Assembly (NCBI GenBank): GCA_038087875.1
Contig: JAXLNO010000239.1
Location: forward strand, 62,001-126,000
DNA from: Malacoraja senta
Taxonomy: Eukaryota
Direction: 5' to 3'
Length of the DNA: 64,000 nucleotides
Positions within the stretch are counted from its first letter, which is position 1, and every line of letters starts with the position of its first letter. Made by a program: the position numbers and the translations under genes. Shown piece after piece: positions 38,207 through 52,702 of this stretch. The notes under the pieces were generated by a model. That model was not told the origin of the DNA. It ran no database searches and saw only the letters and a program-made list of their open reading frames with translations.

Positions 38207-41200
38207 ACATAGAAACATAGAAACATAGAAAATAGGTGCAGGAGTAGGCCATTCGGCCCTTCGAGCCTGCACCGCCATTCAATATGATTATGGCTGATCA
38301 TCCAACTCAGTATCCTGTACCTGCCTTCTCTCCATACCCCCTGATCCCTTTAGCCACAAGGGCCACATCTAACTCCCTCCTAAATATAGCCAATGAACTG
38401 GCCTCAACTACTTTCTGTGGCAGAGAATTCCACAGATTCACCACTCTCTGTGTGAAAAATGTTTTTCTCATCTCGGTCCTAAAAGACTTCCCCCTTATCC
38501 TTAAACTGTGACCCCTTTTTCTGGACTTCCCCAACATCGGGAACAATCTTCCTGCATCTAGCCTGTCCAACCCCTTAAGAATTTTGTAAGTTTCTATAAG
38601 ATGCCCCCTCACTCTTCTAAATTCTAGCGAGTACAAGCCGAGTCTATCCAGTCTTTCTTCATATGAAAGTCCTGCCATCCCAGGAATCAGTCTGGTGAAC
38701 CTTCTCTGTACTCCCTCTATGGCAAGAATGTTTTTCCTCAGATTAGGAGACCAAAACTGTACGCAATACTCCAGGTGAGGTCTCACCAAGACCCCGTACA
38801 ACTGCAGTAGAACTTCCCTGCTCTTATACTCAAATCCTTTTGCTATGAATGCTAACATACCATTCGCTTTCTTCACTGCCTGCTGCACCTGCATGCCTAC
38901 TTTCAATAACTGGTGTACCATGACACCCAGGTCTCGTTGCATCTCCCCTTTTCCTAATCGGCCACCATTCAGATAATAGTCTACTTTCCTGTTTTTGCCA
39001 CCAAAGTGGATAACCTCACATTTATCCACATTATACAGTGTCTGCCATGCATTTGCCCACTCACCCAACCTATCCAAGTCACCTTGCAACCTCCTAGCAT
39101 CCTCCTCACAGCTAACACTGCCCCCCAGCTTTGTGTCATCCGCAAACGTGGAGAAGTTGCATTCAATTCCCTCATCCAGTTCATTAATATATATTGTAAA
39201 TAGCTGGGGTCCCAGCACTGAGCCTTGCGGTACCCCACTAGTCACTGCCTGCCATTCTGAAAAGGACCCGTTTACTCCTACTCTTTGCTTCCTGTCTGCC
39301 AGCCAGTTCTCTATCCACATCAATACTGAACCCCCAATACCATGTGCTTTAAGTTTGCATACTAATCTCTTATGTGGGACCTTGTCGAAAGCGTTCTGAA
39401 AGTCCAGATATAACACATCCACTGGTTCTCCCATATCCACTCTTCTAGTTACATCCTCGAAAAATTCTATAAGATTCGTCAGACATGATTTACCTTTCAT
39501 AAATCCATGCTGACTTTGTCCAATGATTTCACCACTTTCCAAATGTGCTGCTATCCCATCTTTAATAACTGACTAGCATTTTCCCCACTACTGATGTTAG
39601 ACTAACTGGTCTGTAATTCCCTGTTTTCTCTCTCCCTCCCTTTTTTTTTAAAGTGGAGTTACATTAGCTACCCTCCAATCCTCAGGAACTACTCCAGAAT
39701 CTAAAGAGTTTTGAAAAATTATCACTAATGCATCCACTATTTCTGGGGCTACTTCCTTAAGTACTCTAGGATGCAGCCTATCTGGCCCTGGGGATTTATC
39801 GGCCTTTAATCCATTCAATTTACCTAACACCACTTCCCGGCTAAACTGGATTTCACTCAGTTCCTCCATCTCATTTGACCCCCGGTCCCCTGCTATTTCC
39901 AGCAGATTATTTATGTCTTCCTTAGTGAAGACAGAACCAAAGTAGTTATTCAATTGGTCTGCCATGTCCTTGTTCCCCATGATCAATTCACCTGTTTCTG
40001 ACTGCAAGGGACCTACATTTGTTTTAACTAATCTTTTTCTCTTCACATATCTATAAAACCTTTTGTAGTCAGTTTTTATGTTCCCTGCCAGATTTTGTTC
40101 ATAATCTATTTTCCCTTTCCTAATTAAGCCCTTTGTCCTCCTCTGCTGGACTCTGAATTTCTCCCAGTCCTCTGGTAGGCTGCTTTTTCTGGCTAATTTG
40201 TATGCTTCATCTTTTGTTTTGATACTATCCCTGATTTCACTTGTTCTCCACGGAAGCACTACATTCCCTGATTTATTCTTTTGCCAAACTGGGATGAACA
40301 ATTGTTGTAGTTCATCCATGCAGTCTTTAAATGCCTTCCATTTCATATCCACCGTCAACCTTTTAAGAATCAATTGCCAGTCTATCTTGGCCAATTCACG
40401 TCTCATACCCTCAAAGTTACCTTTCTTTAAGTTCAGAACCCTTGTTTCTGAATTAATTATGTCACTCTCCATCCTAATGAAGAACTCAACCATATTATGG
40501 TCACTCTTGCCCAAGGGGCCACGCACAACAAGACTGCTAACTAACCCTTCCTCATTACTCAATACCCAGTCTAGAATAGCCTGCTCTCTCGTTGGTTCCT
40601 CTACATGTTGGTTTATAAAACTATCCCGCATACATTCCAAGAAATCCTCTTCCTCAGCACCCCTGCCAATTTGATTCACCCAATCTATATGTAGATTGAA
40701 GTCACCCATTATAACTGTTTTACCTTTGTTGCATGCATTTTTAATTTCCTGGTTGATGCCATCCCAAACTCCACTACTAATGTACACAACTCCCACTAGC
40801 GTTTTCTGCCCCTTAGTGTTTCGCAGCTCTACCCATATTGATTCCACATCCTCCAAGCTAATGTCCTTCCTTTCTATTGCGTTAATCTCCTCTCTAACCA
40901 GCAATGTTACCCCACCTCCTTTTCCTTTCTGTCTAACCCTCCTGAATATTGAATATCCCTGGATGTTCAGCTCCCAGCCTTGGTCACCCTGGAGCCATGT
41001 CTCCGTGATCCCAACTATATCATATTCATTAATAACTATCTGCACATTCAACTCATCCACCTTATAACGAATACTCTTTGCATTGAGACACAAAGCCTTC
41101 AGGCTTGTTTTTACAACACTCTTACCCCTTATACAATTATGTTGAAAAGTGGCCCTTTTTGATTTTTGTCCTGGATTTGTCTGCCTGCCACTTTTACTTT

Positions 41201-42190
41201 TCACCTTGCTATCTATTGCTTCTACCCTCATTTTACACCCCTCTGTCTCTCTGCTCATGCTCCCACCCTCCTGCCACATTAGTTTAAATCCTCCCCGACA
41301 GCACTAGCAAATACTCCCCCAAGGACATTGGTTCCATTCCAGCCCAGGTGCAGACCGTCCTGTTTGTACTGGTCCCACCTCCCCCAGAACTGGTTCCACT
41401 GCCCTAGAAATTTGAATCCCTCCCCCTTTGCCATGTATTCATCTGCAATATCCTCCTATTTCTACTCTGACTAGCACGTGGCACTGGTAGTAATCCTGAG
41501 ATTATTACCTTTGAGGTCCTACTTTTAAGTTTATCTCCTAGCTCCCTAAATTCACCTTGTAGGACCTCGTCCCATTGTTTACCTATATCGTTGGTGCCAA
41601 TGTGCACCACAACAACTGGCTGTTCACCCTCCCCCTCCAGAATGTTCTGCAGTCGTTCAGTTACATCCCTGACCCTTGCACCAAGGAGGCAACATACCAT
41701 CCTGGAGTCTCGTTTGCGGCCGCAGAAACGCCTATCTATTCCCCTTACAATTGAATCCCCTATTATTATAGCCCTTCCACTCTTTGTCCTCCCCTCCCGT
41801 GCCACAGAGCCACCCATGGTGCCATGAACTTGGCTGCTGCTGCCTTCCCCTGATGAGCCATCTCCCCCAACAGTATCCAAAATGGTATATCTGTTTAGGA
41901 GGGAGATGATCGCAGGGGACTCCTGCACTACCTGCCTACTGCTACGCTGCCTAGTGGCCACCCGTTCCCTTTCTGTCCGCTTAACTTTTACCTGCGGTGT
42001 GGCCAACTCACTGTACGTGCTATTCACGACTTTCTCAGCATCGTGGATGCTCCAGTATGAATCCAACCGCAGCTCCAATCATTCAGTGCAGTCTGCCACG
42101 AGCTGCAGCTGGACACACTTCCTGTAAACGTAGTCACCAGGGACACCAACCATATCCCTGATCTCCCACATGTTGCAGCATGAGCAAACC
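38207..42190 (-). mobile_element. Younger near-full-length CR1-type LINE nested in the host LINE
   Basis: ORF1 esterase 41404-42078 (GDS...HIGTND). ORF2 APE (ITETWL, MGDFN, SDH) 39648-41279 and RT (FADD) 38307-39542, broken near 39570-39650. (acatagaa)n tail. Confidence 0.95.
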
Positions 42191-43850
42191 TACTGTGTAG
42201 GCCCTGCCCTTATTCGACATCCCAAGATGCAACACCTCACACTTTTCTGTTTTAAATTCCATCAACCATTCCTCCGCCCACCTGGCCAATCGATCCAGAT
42301 CCTGCTGCAATCTTTCAGAACCATCTTCACTATCTGCAAAACCACCCACTTTTGTATCATCAGTAAATTTGCAAATCTTTCCCTGTATGTTCTCATCCAA
42401 ATCATTGATGTAGATGACAAATAGTAATGGACCCAACACCGACCTTTAAAAAGGTCTCATCAACCTTTTTAGTCACGTCTTCAAAAAAATGGATCAGATT
42501 TGTGAAACACAACCTCCCACGTACAAAACCATGATGACTATCCCTAATCAGCCCTTGCCCATCCAAATGCTTCTATATCCTATGCCTCAGAATACTCTCC
42601 AGTAACTTACTAACTACAGATGTTCTCACCGGCCTAGCATTTTCCTGCAGCCCTTCTTGAAAAGAGGCACAACATTTGCCACCCTCCAATCTTCCGACAC
42701 CTCTCCTGTATTTAAGGATGACTCATAAATTTCAAACAGGGCTCCCGCAATTTCCTCTCTAGTTTCCTGCAATGTCCTCGGATATATCTGATCAGGCCCT
42801 GGAGATTTGTCTACTTTCAAACATGACATTACCTTCAGTACTTCTTCAACGATTACCCTGACTGCTCTCAAGACACTTCCAGTGACTGCTCCAATTTCCT
42901 CCATCCTACTGTCTTCCTCCTCGGTAAATACAGAGGAGAAATACACATTTAGGACATTGTCCATCTCATGTGGCTCCATACAGAGGTGACCACTTTGATT
43001 CCTGAGAGGTCCCACTCTCTCTAGTTACCCTTTTCCTCCTTCGGGGATTGTCCTTAATGCTACCCGCCAGAGCTATTTCCTGGCCCCTTTTAGCCCTTTT
43101 GATTTCCTTTTTTTGGTTTACTCCTTAGTTCCCGAAACTCCTCTAGGGATGCACTTGATCCAAGCTGTTAATACCTGTCCCATGCATCCTTCTTGTTTTT
43201 GACTAACGTCACAATTTCCCTCGTCAGCCAAGCATCCTTAGGTTTGCCTGCTTTGCCCTTCACTCTAAAGGGGATGTACCCATCCTGAGCTTTCTTCAGT
43301 ACACTTTTAAAACATCCCACTTGGCCGATGTTCCTTTCCCCTCAAATAACCTGCTTCAGTCAACTTGAGCGAGAACTTCTCTCATACCCTCAAAGTTGGC
43401 CTTGCCCCGGTTGAGCATTTTAACACGTGGACCCGCTCTGTCCCTATCCATAACTATCTTAAACCTAATTGAACTGTGGTCCCAAAAGGCTCCTCCACAC
43501 ACACTTCATTAACTTGCCCTTCCCAATTTCCCAATACCAGATCCAGCGTTGCCCTCTCACGTGTGATGGCCTCAACATACTGTTTAAGAAAACTCTCCTG
43601 AACACTTTTGAGGAATTGGCCCCCATCTAAACCCTTCATGCTATGATTTCCCAGTCTATATTGAGAAAGTTAAAATCCCCTACCACAACAACCTTATTTG
43701 ACCTGCAGCTGTCTGCAATATCCTGGCACATTTATTCTTCTAATTCCTGTTGACTATTCGGGGGTTTGTAGTACACCCCCAACAAGGTGATCATCCCTTT
43801 CTTGTTCCTCAGCTCCACCCATATAGCTTCACTAGACGAACCATGCATAA

Positions 43851-44778
43851 AATCGCACCAGGGTCTCTTCCATACCCCGCAACACTGCTCTCTCTCCCCA
43901 TCCCCCCACTCGCAACAAGGACAGAGTCCCCCTAGTCCTCACGTTTCACCCCACCAGCCGTCACATACAACAAGTAATCCTCCGTCAGTTTCGCCACCTC
44001 CAACGTGACCCCACCACTCGCCACATCTTCCCATCTCCCCCCATGTCTGCCTTCCGCAAAGACCGCTCCCTCCATAACTCCCTTGTCAATTCTTCCCTTC
44101 CCTCCCGTACCACCCCCTCCCTGGGCACTTTCCCTTGCAACCGCAAGAGATGCAACACGTGTCCCTTCACCTCCCCCCTCGACTCCATTCAAGGACCCAA
44201 GCAGTCGTTCCAGGTGCGACAGAGGTTCACCTGCATTTCCTCCAACCTCATCTATTGCATCCACTGCTCTAGATGTCAGCTGATCTACATCGGTGAGACC
44301 AAGTGGAGGCTTGGCGATCGTTTCGCCGAACACCTCCGCTCGGTCCAAAATAACCAACCTGACCTCCCGGTGGCTCAGCACTTCAACTCCCCCTCCCATT
44401 CCGTATCCGACCTCTCTGTCCTGGGTCTCCTCCATGGCCAGAGCGAGCAACACCGGAAATTGGAGGAAATGCACCTCATATTCCGCTTGGGTAGTCTGCA
44501 TCCTGGGGGCATGAACATTGAATTCTCCCAATTTTGCTAGCCCTTGCTGTCTCCTCCCCTTCCTCAGCCCTCGGGCTGTCTCCTCCCATCCCTCAGCCCT
44601 CGGGCTCCTCCTCCGCCATTTTCCTTTCTTCTCCCCACCCCCCATCAGTCTGAAGAAGGGTTTCGGCCCGAAACGTTGCCTATTTCCTTCGCTCCATAGA
44701 TGATGCTGCACCCGCTGAGTTTCTCCAGCATTTTTGTGTACCTTTGATTTTCCAGAATCTGCAGTTTCTTCTTAAACA
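43851..44778 (+). mobile_element. Penelope-like element, 5'-truncated, with intact GIY-YIG domain
   Basis: ORF 44043-44540 contains CxxC linker...NLIYCIHCSRCQLIYIGET...RFAEH...HFN. 9-bp TSD catgcataa at 43842-43850 and 44779-44787. Confidence 0.92.
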
Positions 44779-46997
44779 CATGCATAATGTCACCTCTGAA
44801 CACAGCCGTGACATCCTCCTTAATCAACAATGCAACCCCCCCCCCCACCTCTCTTTCCCTCACCCCTGTCTCTCCTGAAGCTCCTGTACCCCAGAACATT
44901 AAGCTGCCAGTCCTGTCCCTCCCTTATCCAGGTTACAGTCATGGCTACAATGTCCCAGTCACGTACCTATCCATGCCCTAAGCTCATCTGCCTTACCCGT
45001 CAGGCTTCTTGCATTAAAATACGTGCAGTTTAAACCAACCCTCCGTCCTTGCTCTCCGCCTTTCACCTGCCTATTCTGTCCAGTAACCTTTCCCACACCA
45101 CCCTCCATACCAACTTCTAGCCTCTCACGTGCCTCTGCCCTGCACGAGATCCCACCCCCCTGCCAATCTAGTTTAAATCCTCCTGTGCAACATTAGCAAA
45201 CCTTTACTCTAGGATGTTGGTCCCCCTCCAGCTTAGGTGCAACCTGCCCCTTTTATACAGGTCACCCCTGCCCTGGAAGAGATCCCAATGATCCAGAAAT
45301 CTGAATCCTTGCCCCCCCCCCCCCCCCCTGCACCTACTCCTCAGCCACATTCATTTCCCCTATCTTCCTATTCTTACCTTCACTAGCACGAGGTACTGGA
45401 AGCAATCCTGAATTCACTACCCTGCAGGTCCTGCTTTTCAGTCTTCTACCCAATTCCATCAATTCTTGTTGCAGACCCTTCTTCCTCTTCCTACCTATAT
45501 CATTTGTGCCAACATGCACAACAACCTCCGGCTGCTCCCCCTCACTCTTGAGGATGCCGTGCATCCGCTCCGAGACGTCCTGGACCCTGGCACCAGGCAG
45601 GCAACACACCATCCTGGAGTCTCGCCTGCTGCCGCAGAATCTCCTGTCCGCACCTCTGATGATGGAGACTCCCACCACTATGGCTCTGCCTGACGTCACT
45701 CTTCCCCATTTAGCCTCGGCACCAGGATTGGAATCACAGCCCTGGCTACCACTCAATCTTGTTGTGCCATCCGCTCCAAAGAGGGTGTACCTGTTTTCAG
45801 TAGGTACAGTCAACGGGGTCTCCTGCACTCCACGTTTACTCCTCTTTCTCATAGTCACCCACCTTTGCTCTTCCTGTATCCTTGGTGTGACAACCTCATT
45901 GAAGGTCTTGTCCAGGAAACTCTTGTTTTCCCGGATGGTCCTGAGGTCATCCAACTGCTGCTCCAGTTCCCCAACACGTTCATTCAGGATCTGCACCTGG
46001 ACACATTTTCTGCAAGTGTAGTTGTCAGCAATTGCAGCAACACCTTTCCAACAGATGCCTTAAAGTTCAAGACCCAGGGTTTTAACAATCCTGCTTTTGT
46101 GACATGCATTCACCCTGAAACAAATGCTATATGTTAACCTTTAAAATAGACAATTTAGAGTGAAAAGGCAGAGATAGACAGAGCATCAGTCTGTGCAATC
46201 CATTCCCATTATTGGAGACGTGTATGAGGAGTATGTTTAAAGCCACATTGAAGCTTCATGATGCAACCCTCCGATTCATGGAAAGAGTGCTGTTTGTGAC
46301 TGTCAAGTTGTCAATACCCTATTAAACACATATTTCACTTACTTTTTTAAAATTTATGAAACATTGTTGACATTAAATGTACATTTTAGACAAAACAAAT
46401 GCAGAAGAACATGCATTTATGTTTCATCTCTTGATTCTGACAGGGAAGAGTTCTCTATGTGCAAAATAATATTACTTTGTGGTAAGGAACAAAAGGAATT
46501 GTTTTACTTGAAGGAATGAGAGATGTTTCAGCATTTTTCTTACTTCAGCATTTATTAATTTTTATAATACCCCTATCGGAAGGAAACAGTTTCTGTCACA
46601 TGCGACTGAACAATGCAGACTAAGGAAGTTTGCGGTCGCGAATTTTTCAGTAAAGGTGGTGAAATGCATTTGTCAGCGTTCCAGATTTTAACATTAAATA
46701 GGCTTTTTTAAAAAATGTTTTGAGGAATAAAACACAAAATTCCCAGCAAATATTAGCCTTTATTTCAGAAGACCAGAAAATACATATTTTATTTCTATTA
46801 GTTAAATATACTGCATATTTAAAAAGGAGTCATAATTACAGAATTGAATTGCTTTGCAAATGCAATGATAGGGCTATCGGTCAGTTCACTAGGGGATGAA
46901 TGTTAAATGATTTGGATCAGAAAAATTCAATTGTTGGTGCGCTATTTTATGTCAGCAATTACAACTCATAAATAAATTATTCATGCATTTTTTTCAG

Positions 46998-47134
46998 TAC
47001 CCAAAAGTCCACCAGAAATCACTTTGGAAGTCAACAAGAAGTTGCTGAAGGAAGGAGAAAAGTTTCAAATGTCTTGCATGATAAAAAATGTAAACCATGC
47101 ATTCAATGTGAAATGGGACCATCCGCAAAGTCCA
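46998..47134 (+). CDS. kit: KIT-like exon 4 (Ig3, first part)
   Basis: ttttcag| ... |gtaagt, 137 nt, phase 1-0. VPKSPPEITLEVNKKLLKEGEKFQMSCMIKNVNHAFNVKWDHPQSP. Not in the ORF track. Confidence 0.92.
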
Positions 47135-48231
47135 GTAAGTATGATAACATTAGCCTGTGTTTTCATAACCAATAGTTTCTAACAATCAATGCCATTTTGC
47201 CAAGAAGAACATAACCATGGGCAGGATATAAATTGTACGTCCTTCCTCTTCAACAAGTGGCGTAACCATTCACTCACTTTCACCAGTACCTCTTCGGTAC
47301 GACTGCCACCTCCCGGTCAGAAGACTGAGTTCAGGTCCTGCTCTGGGCTAGGCTGATACTCCAGTGCAGTACAGTAGAGGTCCCTTCTTTCAGATGCGTA
47401 TCATGCATCATCATGACATTACAGTAAATGGGTGCATAAAATTGTAAAGGCAGCACTGGTGGAAGGAAGAGTAGAAGGGGGCAGAATTGTTGCTAGTGAA
47501 TTTAAGGGAAGGCAAATGATAAAAATTCTCAATATTAAAACATAAAAAAAGTAGGTTCAACTATTTAAATAGTTAATAAGAGGCTCCAAGGGGTTTAGTT
47601 GGCTGGGTAGACATCACTTTAACCATTTCATAAAGATGTTGTGAACTATAATGCACTGGTTGAATGGATGAGATAAACGGTGCTATTCAAAGGGAACTAG
47701 ATGGATACTAGAATGAAAATCAGAGGGAAAGATCCAGGGAATAGGACTGACTGGGCTGATCTTGCACAGAAGCACCACAGGCCTCCTTAAACCCCGCTGT
47801 GATTCTGTGATTTGGTAACAAGGAGTTGCAGAGTTGAGTATTGTCGTAAGTTGATTACTTATTTAACATGTGTTAAAGAAGGAACTGCAGATGCTGGAAA
47901 TGCTACTTGCAGATGCTGGAAATGCAGATGCTACTTATTTAACATGCTGTGCGGGGTTGGAAATTCTAATGAGCAGTGCAATATTATTATCCACTACCCA
48001 GTATTTTTCCCAAAATACCATCATTAAAGCAATGATCAATTCTGGGCATACATTACACATTCCTATTATTTACAGTGCAGTGTAATATTACTGTGCACAG
48101 AACCTGATGATTACAAAGCAGAGCCGGTGTACAATGCTTGATATAACAGGTCTGGAGGCTCAGAGAGTCAGAGTGAGGCCCAGTGCAAATTGGAGGAACT
48201 GCACCTCATATTTCGCTTGGGTAGCTTGCAG

Positions 48232-50110
48232 AGCCCTATCTAGCTCTCTCTTGAGAGTATCCCGAGAACCGGCCTCCACCGCCCTCTGAGGCAGAGAATT
48301 CACTACTCACTACACAGAGACTCACTACTCACCACTCTCTGTGAGAAAAAGTGTTTCCTCATCTCCGTTCTAAATGGCTTGCCCCTTATTCTTAAACTGA
48401 GGCCCCTGGTTCTGGACTCCCCCAACATCGGGAACATGTTTCCTGTCTCTAGCGTGTTCAAACCCTTAACAATCTTATGTGTTTCAATAAGATCCCCTCT
48501 TATCCTTCTAAACCAGAGTGTACAAGCCCAGCCGCTCCATTCTCTCAGCATATGACAGTCCCGCCATCCCGGGAATTAGCCTTGTAAATCTACGCTGCAC
48601 TCCCTCAATAGCAAGAATCTCATTCCTCAAATTAGGGGACCAAAACTGCACACAATACTCCAGGTGTGGTCTCACTAGGGCCCTGTACAACTGCAGAAGG
48701 ACCTCTTTGCTCCTATACTTGACTCCTCTTGTTATAAAGGCCAACATGCCATTCGCTTTCTTCACTGCCTGATGTACCTGCATGCTTACTTTCATAGACT
48801 GATGAACAAGGACCGCCAGATCCCGTTGTACTTCCCAACTTGATGCCATTTAGATAGTAATCTGCCTTCCTGTTTTTTATACCAAAGTGGATAACCTCAC
48901 ATTACATCCACATTAAACTTCATCTGCCCTGTATCTGCCCACTCCCCCAACCTGTCCAAGTCACCCTGCATTCTCATAGCATCCTCCTCACAGTTCACAC
49001 TGCCACCCAGTTTTGTGTCATCTGCAAATTTGCTAATGTTACTTTGAATCCTTTCATCCATATCATTGATGTGTATTGTAAATAGCTGCGGTCCCAGCAC
49101 CGAGCCTTGCGGTACCCCACTAGTCACTGCCTGCCATTCTGAAAGGGACCCGTTAATTCCTACTCTTTGTTTCCTGTCTGCCAACCAATTTTCTATGCAT
49201 GTCAGCACTCTACCCCTAATACCATGTGCCCTAATTTTGCCCACTAATCTCCTATGTGGGACCTTATCAAATGCTTTCTGAAAGTCCAGGTAAACTACAT
49301 CCACTGGGTCTCGTCCATTTTCATAGTTACATCCTCAAAAAATTCCAGAAGATTAGTCAAGCATGATTTCCCCTTCGTATATCCATTCTGATTCGGACGA
49401 TCCTGTTACTGCTATCCAAATGTGCGGCTATTTCATCTTTTATAATTAACTCCAGCATCTTTCCCACCACCGATGTCAGGCTAACTGGTCTATAATTCCC
49501 TGTTTTCTCTCTCCCGCCTTTCTTAAAAAGTGGGATAACATTAGCTACCCTCCAATCCACAGGAACTGATCCTGAGTCTATAGAACATTGGAAAATTATC
49601 ACCAATGCATCCACGATTTCTAGAGCCACTTCCTTAAGTACCCTGGGATGGGGATCATCAGGCCCTCGGGATTTATCAGCCTTCAGTCCCATCACTCTAC
49701 CCAACACCATTTCCTGCCTAATGTGGATTTCCATCAGTTCCTCCGTCACCCCAGATCCTCTGGCCGCTACTATATCAGGAAGATTGTTTGTGTCCTCCTT
49801 AGTGAAGACGGATCGAAAGTACCTGTTCAACTCATCTGCCATTTCCTTGTTCCCCATAATAAATTCACCTTTTTCGGTCTTCAAGTGTCCAACTTTGGTC
49901 TTAACTAATTTTTTCCTCTTCACATACCTAAAGAAGCTTTTACTATCCTCCTTTATATTCTTGGCTAGCTTACCTTCATACCTCATCTTTTCTCCCCGTA
50001 TTGTCTTTTTAGTTATCTTCTGTTGCTCTTTAAACATTACCCAATCCTCTTGCTTCCCACTCATCTTTGCTGTGTTGTACTTCTTCTCTTTTATTTTTAT
50101 ACTGTCCCTG
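48232..50110 (-). mobile_element. CR1-type LINE ORF2 fragment
   Basis: NYRPVSLTS, YLDFQKAFDKV, FADD and RPHLEYC motifs across frameshifted ORFs. Confidence 0.93.
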
Positions 50111-52539
50111 TATAAAAATAAAAGTCCTTCTTTCCCTACTGGATGCCTCAAATGCCTGATTTCCTGTTTTAGCTGCTGACCACCAGCCTTAGAAGACTTA
50201 TGGAGCTCACATCCATTTCTAGCCCACCTCTTGAGAGCAAACTCTACCTGGTAGGCACCAGTACTTGAAGCTGTGGGAAATGACACAGCAATATTTATAT
50301 ATCTTGTTCCATTGTTACCTTAACTATATTTTTTGAATATCACTGCACCATTACTAATGACAGCCTGGTTGCATGTTTTAAGTAACAAAATTACAGAGAA
50401 TTACAGAAATTACAGAGATATTAAGGAGATATGCCATGTTTTAATCATATCTTCAAGTTCCTAAGGCTTGTGTTTGAATGATTGCTTTACAAACGCCATT
50501 TATATAGTCTTCAAAACCAACTCTTTAAATAGTATTCTATTATTATGATATTGTTCCTTCGTTCCACTATATAAAAGGAATTATGCATCATCAAAAGCTT
50601 GAGGCAATATTGCAAAACTGCTCAATAAAGCAACTTGGTGATATTAAATCTTTTGCTGACTTATGTTGTTCTATTACTATCTGAGTGCTACGCCTTGTTT
50701 CTTTGCAATATTCCCCTCGCCCCATAGCATTTGTTCAGGCCACTGTTCCTCTTTTAAAGTAATGGGAGACAATTTATAATTTTTATGTATGGTTCCTTCA
50801 TTATTGTTCCACTGTGGACCAGTCTTGAATCTCTGGAACAGTTCTCATTTGAGGGTGCAGCTTAGATCATCAGACTTCTCTAAAAAAGTAGAGCTTAGCG
50901 TGTTCTTCTAAAAATGTTCTTAATCATAAATTAATGACTAAGTTATAAAACTCACACAATTGAGGAATTAAATAGCATTATAATGGTTGATTTGGTGTTC
51001 TAATATTTATAAGGATCAAATTGGCACCTAAATTTGTGTATGGACTCAGTGTGGTCTATGTTCTTACACTCTTATACTTCATATGAGTGTGCCTAATGTA
51101 TAGAAGGTTGTTGCTTAACTGTATGCAAAAAATGAATTCCATTGTACTTAGATACATGGGACAATAAAGTATCATTGTACCACAGTGCCTTTGACACCAA
51201 GATCCTGGTCCCTTACTTACATTGAGAAACAAAATGGTTGACAGAGAGCACACACAAAATTCTGTGCCACTTCACTGCCTTAGACATGTCCAATTCAATT
51301 TCCGTGTCTTGAAATGGGTTAATGTGCTCTCACCGGAAACGTGGGTCCATATTAAAATATCTAAATCAAGGTCTTCTACTGGTTCAGGGGACTGGACATA
51401 ATTGTCATGTACTAATCAGTGGAGCATATCCTACATACATCCAACCAGAAGGCTAACCAGTGGTCCCAAAAAGGTAATGCTGGAGCTTACTTCCAAAGGG
51501 CAAGTTGTCTTTGACACTGATACTTTTGCTGTTGAGAAACCGAAAATCTAATCATTCTGTAACCACTTGCCTTCCCTTCACTTAAGTACTGCTCTTGCAG
51601 AGGCATCTCTAGATGTCCTTACTTCAAGCACTTCTCCTTGTGCCCATTCCAACTCCCCACATGCCCTCTCCCCACCAGTATCCCATTACCATCTTCATGA
51701 GCTCCAATTGCAAGGTTGTGATATTGGCACTTGACCGTGAAAGAATCCCAATTGAACCATCAGGATGACTGTGTGATCAGTTGGTCCACTGGGTCTCTAA
51801 AATGCACTTTATATCAGTTTTTGTGTAGTATTAATGCGTGAATAGCTGATATGGTCAAATAATATTCCAGTGTTATGATTTTAATTGTGGAATTAATATA
51901 AATACATAAATTACCATTAAAATGATTGCTTATTACATTTGTTCGATGAAAATGCTGGAAATCTTCATCAGATCAGTCAGCATCTGGAGAGGGAAAATGA
52001 AGTTAATGTTTCAGATCCCTTTTGGTTTGTAACCTCCACTCCTTTGAACCTTTAAAGTAAATGGAGAGATATGTTCTAATCAATCAGTTAACATCGATTT
52101 GCACGAGTATGCTCATAAGTTTTGATGAAGATAATTCATATCTCAGATGATTGTGAAATTAATCATAATGATCAGGGATGAAAATCCGAAACGTCATTTA
52201 TCCATGTTCTCCAGAGATGCTGCCTGACCTGCTGTTACTCCAGCATTTGGTGTCTTTTTTTTGTATTAGATCTTCTGGTTTAAACTCTGTGCTTGAAAAT
52301 TGTTAACAATTTTTGGGAAGTTACCATAGGATCTGCTGGGATTTGGTAAGTTACCATAGGATCTGCAGAAGAATACTGGGATTTATAAATTAAGGCAATA
52401 AATTCCACAGAAACTAATATGAAGAGGAATTTTAGTGTATAAATTTAGCATAAGCTTTGTGAAGAGTTTTGTGTTGCCCAGTCAGACTAAAAATAGCTGA
52501 CAAAATAAAATATAATTATCTCCTGCACATTACTTCCAG

Positions 52540-52702
52540 GGACCTACAAAAACACGGTCATCCAAAAACCTTCCAAAACACTATCAAAGCACAGAGGGAT
52601 TGACGATTGTTTCAGTGAATGTGAATGACACTGGAAACTTCACCTGCTTTGCGTGGAATGGGTTTGGCAGGTCAAGTGCTTCAGTATTCCTGCAGGTTGT
52701 AG
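52540..52702 (+). CDS. kit: KIT-like exon 5 (Ig3, second part)
   Basis: ttccag| ... |gtaaaa, phase 0-1. GPTKTRSS...LTIVSVNVNDTGNFTCFAWNGFGRSSASVFLQVV contains the DxGxxxC motif. Confidence 0.92.

Larger units (their letters stand above)
37455..46020 (-). mobile_element. Host CR1-type LINE (near full length, degraded) containing two nested insertions
   Basis: ORF1 SGNH esterase at 45334-45996. ORF2 pieces at ~44790-45020, 42191-43850 and 37543-38206. Confidence 0.88.

Noticed and set aside
41404..42078. GDSL/SGNH esterase as a captured host or bacterial gene
   Set aside because: It is the known ORF1 domain of CR1 LINEs and recurs at 45334-45996 in the same context.
43932..44711. 259-aa minus-strand ORF
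   Set aside because: Antisense shadow of the Penelope GIY-YIG coding region.
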